IMG/VR virus record: IMGVR_UViG_3300024999_000049
Coordinates: 1 to 64,000 of that record
DNA: 64,000 bases
DNA from: a virus
Direction: 5' to 3' (one strand)
Shown: piece by piece, positions 60,896 to 64,000 of the stretch
How the letters are laid out: the number at the start of each line of letters is the position of its first letter
Position numbering within the stretch: position 1 is the stretch's first letter
Notes under the pieces: model-generated
Told to the model about the DNA's origin: nothing
Seen by the model: the letters and a program-made list of their open reading frames with translations, nothing else
Database searches by the model: none
Program-made: the position numbers and the translations under genes

Positions 60896-61150
60896 TTATC
60901 CTTTCATCAAATCATCAATTGTTATATCCAATAACTCACAAAGTTGTAAGGCTGTATAAAATGACGGTCTATTACCTTTAGTCTTTGTCCATGCATAAAC
61001 TGTTTGAATTCCAATATCTAAACTATCAGCAATATAATTATACTTGTATTTCTCAATTAATGGTTTTAAATTTTGTTTAATTGTCTCTGCATTAGTATTG
61101 TTATATTGCTGAATAATTTTGATAGTGTCCTGTTGCTGTTCTTTAGTCAT
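60896..61150 (-). CDS. XRE-like HTH protein
   Basis: IADSLDIGIQTVYAW...PSFYTALQLCELLDITIDDL. Confidence 0.8.
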   Translation of the reverse strand: MTKEQQQDTIKIIQQYNNTNAETIKQNLKPLIEKYKYNYIADSLDIGIQTVYAWTKTKGNRPSFYTALQLCELLDITIDDLMKG

Positions 61151-61175
61151 ACTCTTGTATCACCACCTATTATAA

Positions 61176-62088
61176 TTATCCTGCTACCTCCTGCAATTCG
61201 TTTACAAGGTCGTAAATGTCACCATCATATATTTTATTGAGTTTATCAAGTGATTTTTTGCATTTGCCATGAATTTTTTTCAGCTGTTCTACTATCTGTA
61301 TCATAACCAAAATTTGAACAAAAATCCTCAAATGATTCTGATCCGCTTACAGCATCAGAGACAAAACAGTAAAAAGCGTTTAATATATTGTATTCCTTTT
61401 CTAGTATTGGCTGTGCTATAGATGCCCAAAATTCAAATCTTGCCTTTTCTCCTGTCTCTACATTGGTGACTGTTATCATGTGGTTATTAAAATTGTTGTC
61501 GCTCCATTCTGCCTTTTTAGTTCCTTTATAACTTGCTTTTACCTCAAATTGTTTAAATGTTGCTTTATTTGTTTTTTGTTCTGTATGTTCTGGCTTGATA
61601 TACTTCTCGAATATAGCTGTTATTTCTGTTATTACTTCTTGCGGTAATGGTTCAACAAGCCAAGAATGACCATATTTATAACCGTTATCCTCATATAATC
61701 CGGCTGATTTTAACGCTTCACAAATAGCCGTATAATCATATTCGTTTGTTTTCTTCCATTCATCAATAAATGCTTGCTGTTTTGCTGTTCCTGCTTTCAT
61801 GTCGTTTAAATGCCATTTATTCCATATTGTTATTATAGTATTGAGGTCATTTTCAGATATAAACATTTCCTTATAACTTTTTATGTCTGCAATTTCTTCC
61901 GTGTTCTGTCCACCATTTCCACTCATTGAAAGGGTTTTATATGCTGTTATTGTTTGATGATCAATTGTCTGTGCTGTTCTAGTGTCTGCTTCCTGATGAA
62001 TTTCAAGATTGATATACATTTTCTTTCCTGTGTTCTTTACTCCTACATATAATTTTTTACTGTAAAGGGTTTTTGTATCGTTATACAT
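61176..62088 (-). CDS. hypothetical protein; C-terminus frameshifted in an A7 run
   Basis: The ORF track ends at 61246; removing one A at 61274-61280 extends it to EKIHGKCKKSLDKL...QEVAG with stop at 61176. Confidence 0.65.
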
Positions 62089-62212
62089 TGTATAAACTCC
62101 TTTGCCTACCTGCTGTTATCAGTTCAGGATTTACGGCTTTTTAGATGTTTTACCATCTTTACAATACCATTATTAAAATGATACTGTAAACAGGGTAAAC
62201 CCTGTTATAATG

Positions 62213-62518
62213 CTATTTATCTTCGTCTTCCTCTTCTTCTTCAATTTCTTCTGTTTCTTGCTGACATTCGCATTCTTCCCCAGATTCGAAAAGTTCTCCA
62301 CATTCTGAACAAACTTCTTTTCCTATCCATTCGGCTACCGTTTCAAAATCAAACCAGAATAGATCATTTAATTCTGTTTCGCTCATACCATCTGGGTTAG
62401 TATCTTCCAGTATTGCTTCAATTTGATCAAATTCTTTAGAGGTTAACTTTTCCGCATTATCTTTTGCTCCACTCCAAAATTTAAAATTTGAAAGATTTTC
62501 TTCTTTATAAAGTTTCAT
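62213..62518 (-). CDS. highly acidic hypothetical phage protein
   Basis: FKFWSGAKD...SETELNDLFWFD; Glu-rich tail. Confidence 0.75.
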   Translation of the reverse strand: MKLYKEENLSNFKFWSGAKDNAEKLTSKEFDQIEAILEDTNPDGMSETELNDLFWFDFETVAEWIGKEVCSECGELFESGEECECQQETEEIEEEEEDEDK

Positions 62519-62683
62519 TATAAAACTCCTTGCAAACTGCTTGCCTTACGGTTCAAGTCTTACGTTTTTACTATACCTTATTATAACATATAAGATATTA
62601 GTATGTCAATACTATTTTAAAATATTTTTTTAATTTATTTTTATATTCACTTTATTGAATATTTACCCAATAAAAATGGGATT

Positions 62684-62878
62684 TTATTTACCAAAATTAT
62701 CATAATAATGTTTTGCTTCTAAAAATTGCATTCCTGCAATAAATCCATTTATTTCTTCATATGTACCAATATAAAGAGTCTCTTTATTTTTCAATATTGC
62801 AAAATTTAAATTATACGCTGGTTTTATTTCAATGTAACCACCTAAAAGCCTTTTAATTTCCTTCTCTTGATTAGTCAT
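62684..62878 (-). CDS. hypothetical protein
   Basis: GGAGGG RBS; stop in the 62670 site. Confidence 0.65.
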   Translation of the reverse strand: MTNQEKEIKRLLGGYIEIKPAYNLNFAILKNKETLYIGTYEEINGFIAGMQFLEAKHYYDNFGK

Positions 62879-62928
62879 AAATTCCCTCCATATTATTATT
62901 ATATTCCTGTTACTCTATATCCTGTCTA

Positions 62929-63156
62929 TTATGCCATTTTAGCCCTGTACAAGCCTATTAATCTGCTCATATGTCCCGGTAATACCTTTCGCTTTTTGAT
63001 CTCCTGTGATACTAGTTTATATTCTGTTTTAAGCCGTAGCAAGGTTAAACTGTTGTTATACAAATTAGAGTTAAAATCTGCCATTAATTCCTCATAATTT
63101 GATTTTGTATGTAATAAGCCAGTGTTAGTAAATAGTTTCATGTCTGATTTATTCAT
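62929..63156 (-). CDS. hypothetical protein
   Basis: AAGGGAG RBS. Confidence 0.55.
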   Translation of the reverse strand: MNKSDMKLFTNTGLLHTKSNYEELMADFNSNLYNNSLTLLRLKTEYKLVSQEIKKRKVLPGHMSRLIGLYRAKMA

Positions 63157-63535
63157 TGTGCTTTTTCTCCCTTCTTATTATGATTAACAGTTTTGTTATA
63201 TAACAACTTTGTTATACTGCTATTTGAATATGTTTTGTCCATCGTGGTTGCTTTACTGGCTTGCTGATCTTTAGCCATAATTCCAGTAATTCCGCATTTG
63301 ACATAGATAATAAGTCTATGTATGTGTATATGTGTGTGCTGTGCTGTATTTTGCTTATTAAGATTGTGTTATTGTTCGGCATGGGGTTTACTCCTTTCTG
63401 ATTTATTTTTGATAGCCTGTTATGCCACCACATAAGCCCATGATATTATATTTGCTTTATCATGGGTTTAAATTGTGTCATATTCTGTTATTTAGTGTAT
63501 ACTACATACATTTTATTGAAAGCACTTTCCAATCT

Positions 63536-63904
63536 TTATAACTTTTGTAAATCTAAAATACAAACAAACTTTTTAAACCATTCTTCAGACACATTTCCAG
63601 ATAAAATATTGTCAATATCATCCATAATATCGTCAATATCACAAGATATAAATAAATCTGCTTTTTCAAGTTGTTGTAACTTGTTTCCTATTACTTTTGA
63701 CAAATTAACTTCAACGCTGTTATTTCTAATTTTTGTAATTGTCAAAAGTTTTGATAACGTTTCCATTGATATAGACCAGGAATCAGTTTCATCAGTTTCC
63801 TTTTTGTAAAAATATGTCTCTGTGTCATAATCTTTATCATGTACTGTTATTTCTTCGCCTTCCTCTGTTTGTTGAAGATAATCATATAATGTTATATTTT
63901 CCAT
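63536..63904 (-). CDS. acidic hypothetical protein
   Basis: GGGAGG RBS. Confidence 0.7.
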   Translation of the reverse strand: MENITLYDYLQQTEEGEEITVHDKDYDTETYFYKKETDETDSWSISMETLSKLLTITKIRNNSVEVNLSKVIGNKLQQLEKADLFISCDIDDIMDDIDNILSGNVSEEWFKKFVCILDLQKL

Positions 63905-64000
63905 TTTTCGTTCCTCCCTTAATAATTGTTAATAAATTCTTCTGCCTCTTTTATACTTCCTGTTTCATGTTCTGGATACCTGCAACCTTCACCAAAAGAA

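Larger units (their letters stand above)
5261..62687. repeat. dispersed 18-bp inverted-repeat site ATAAAA-N6-TTTTAT at gene junctions (about 48 copies)
   Basis: Exact copies start at 5581, 7987, 11599, 11910, 12550, 12762, 32572, 32933, 34469, 35320, 35611, 40997, 41352, 41651, 43282, 44785, 47643, 55016, 58557, 62670. One mismatch: 5261, 7362, 9941, 10577, 15830, 17661, 23469, 34303, 43941, 45250, 45982, 46232, 47240, 48079, 49183, 51989, 56120, 57123, 60672. Two mismatches: 10919, 26908, 35942, 43748, 51762, 54319, 58272, 59742, 60017. N5 variants: 42685, 42960. Confidence 0.9.
55002..63850 (-). repeat. strand-polarised dispersed hexamer TAACAG (CTGTTA on plus), about 45 copies
   Basis: Counted by eye; only about 2 copies in the opposite orientation (near 59192 and 63185). 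Confidence 0.85.

Noticed and set aside
5261-62687. The 18-bp sites as a CRISPR array or as Rho-independent terminators
   Set aside because: Spacing is gene-sized and irregular and no cas genes are present. The all-AT 6-bp stem is too weak for an intrinsic terminator, and the loop length is fixed.
2820-63809. Most plus-strand ORFs in the six-frame track
   Set aside because: They are antisense shadows of well-supported minus-strand genes, lack RBSs and have the Ser/Phe/Ile-rich composition of reverse-complemented AT-rich coding DNA.

Overview
AT-rich segment of a large Firmicutes (probably clostridial) phage or prophage with SPbeta-like gene content; almost every gene is on the minus strand. 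From 1 to about 32 kb it holds replication and nucleotide-metabolism genes: RuvC-like resolvase, DnaE, dUTPase, class II RNR split by a very small group I intron, RecJ-like DHH nuclease, primase, DnaB-like helicase, AAA_24 ATPase, SSB-like protein, MT-A70 methyltransferase and homing endonucleases. At 36.9-40.6 kb there is a catalytically intact Xer-type tyrosine recombinase, a degenerate integrase-fold (MrpR-like) protein and a sigma factor. The rest is dense small hypothetical genes. Main unexplained signals: (1) an 18-bp ATAAAA-N6-TTTTAT inverted-repeat site at about 48 accessory-gene junctions, often carrying the upstream stop codon at a fixed offset and bounding both copies of a duplicated gene, which suggests an integron-like phage gene-cassette system; (2) a strongly strand-polarised TAACAG hexamer, about 45 copies in the last 9 kb; (3) three tRNA-shaped RNAs with replaced or enlarged anticodon arms; (4) a 170-nt group I intron inside the catalytic Cys codon of nrdJ. 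All calls come from reading the sequence by eye; no searches were run.
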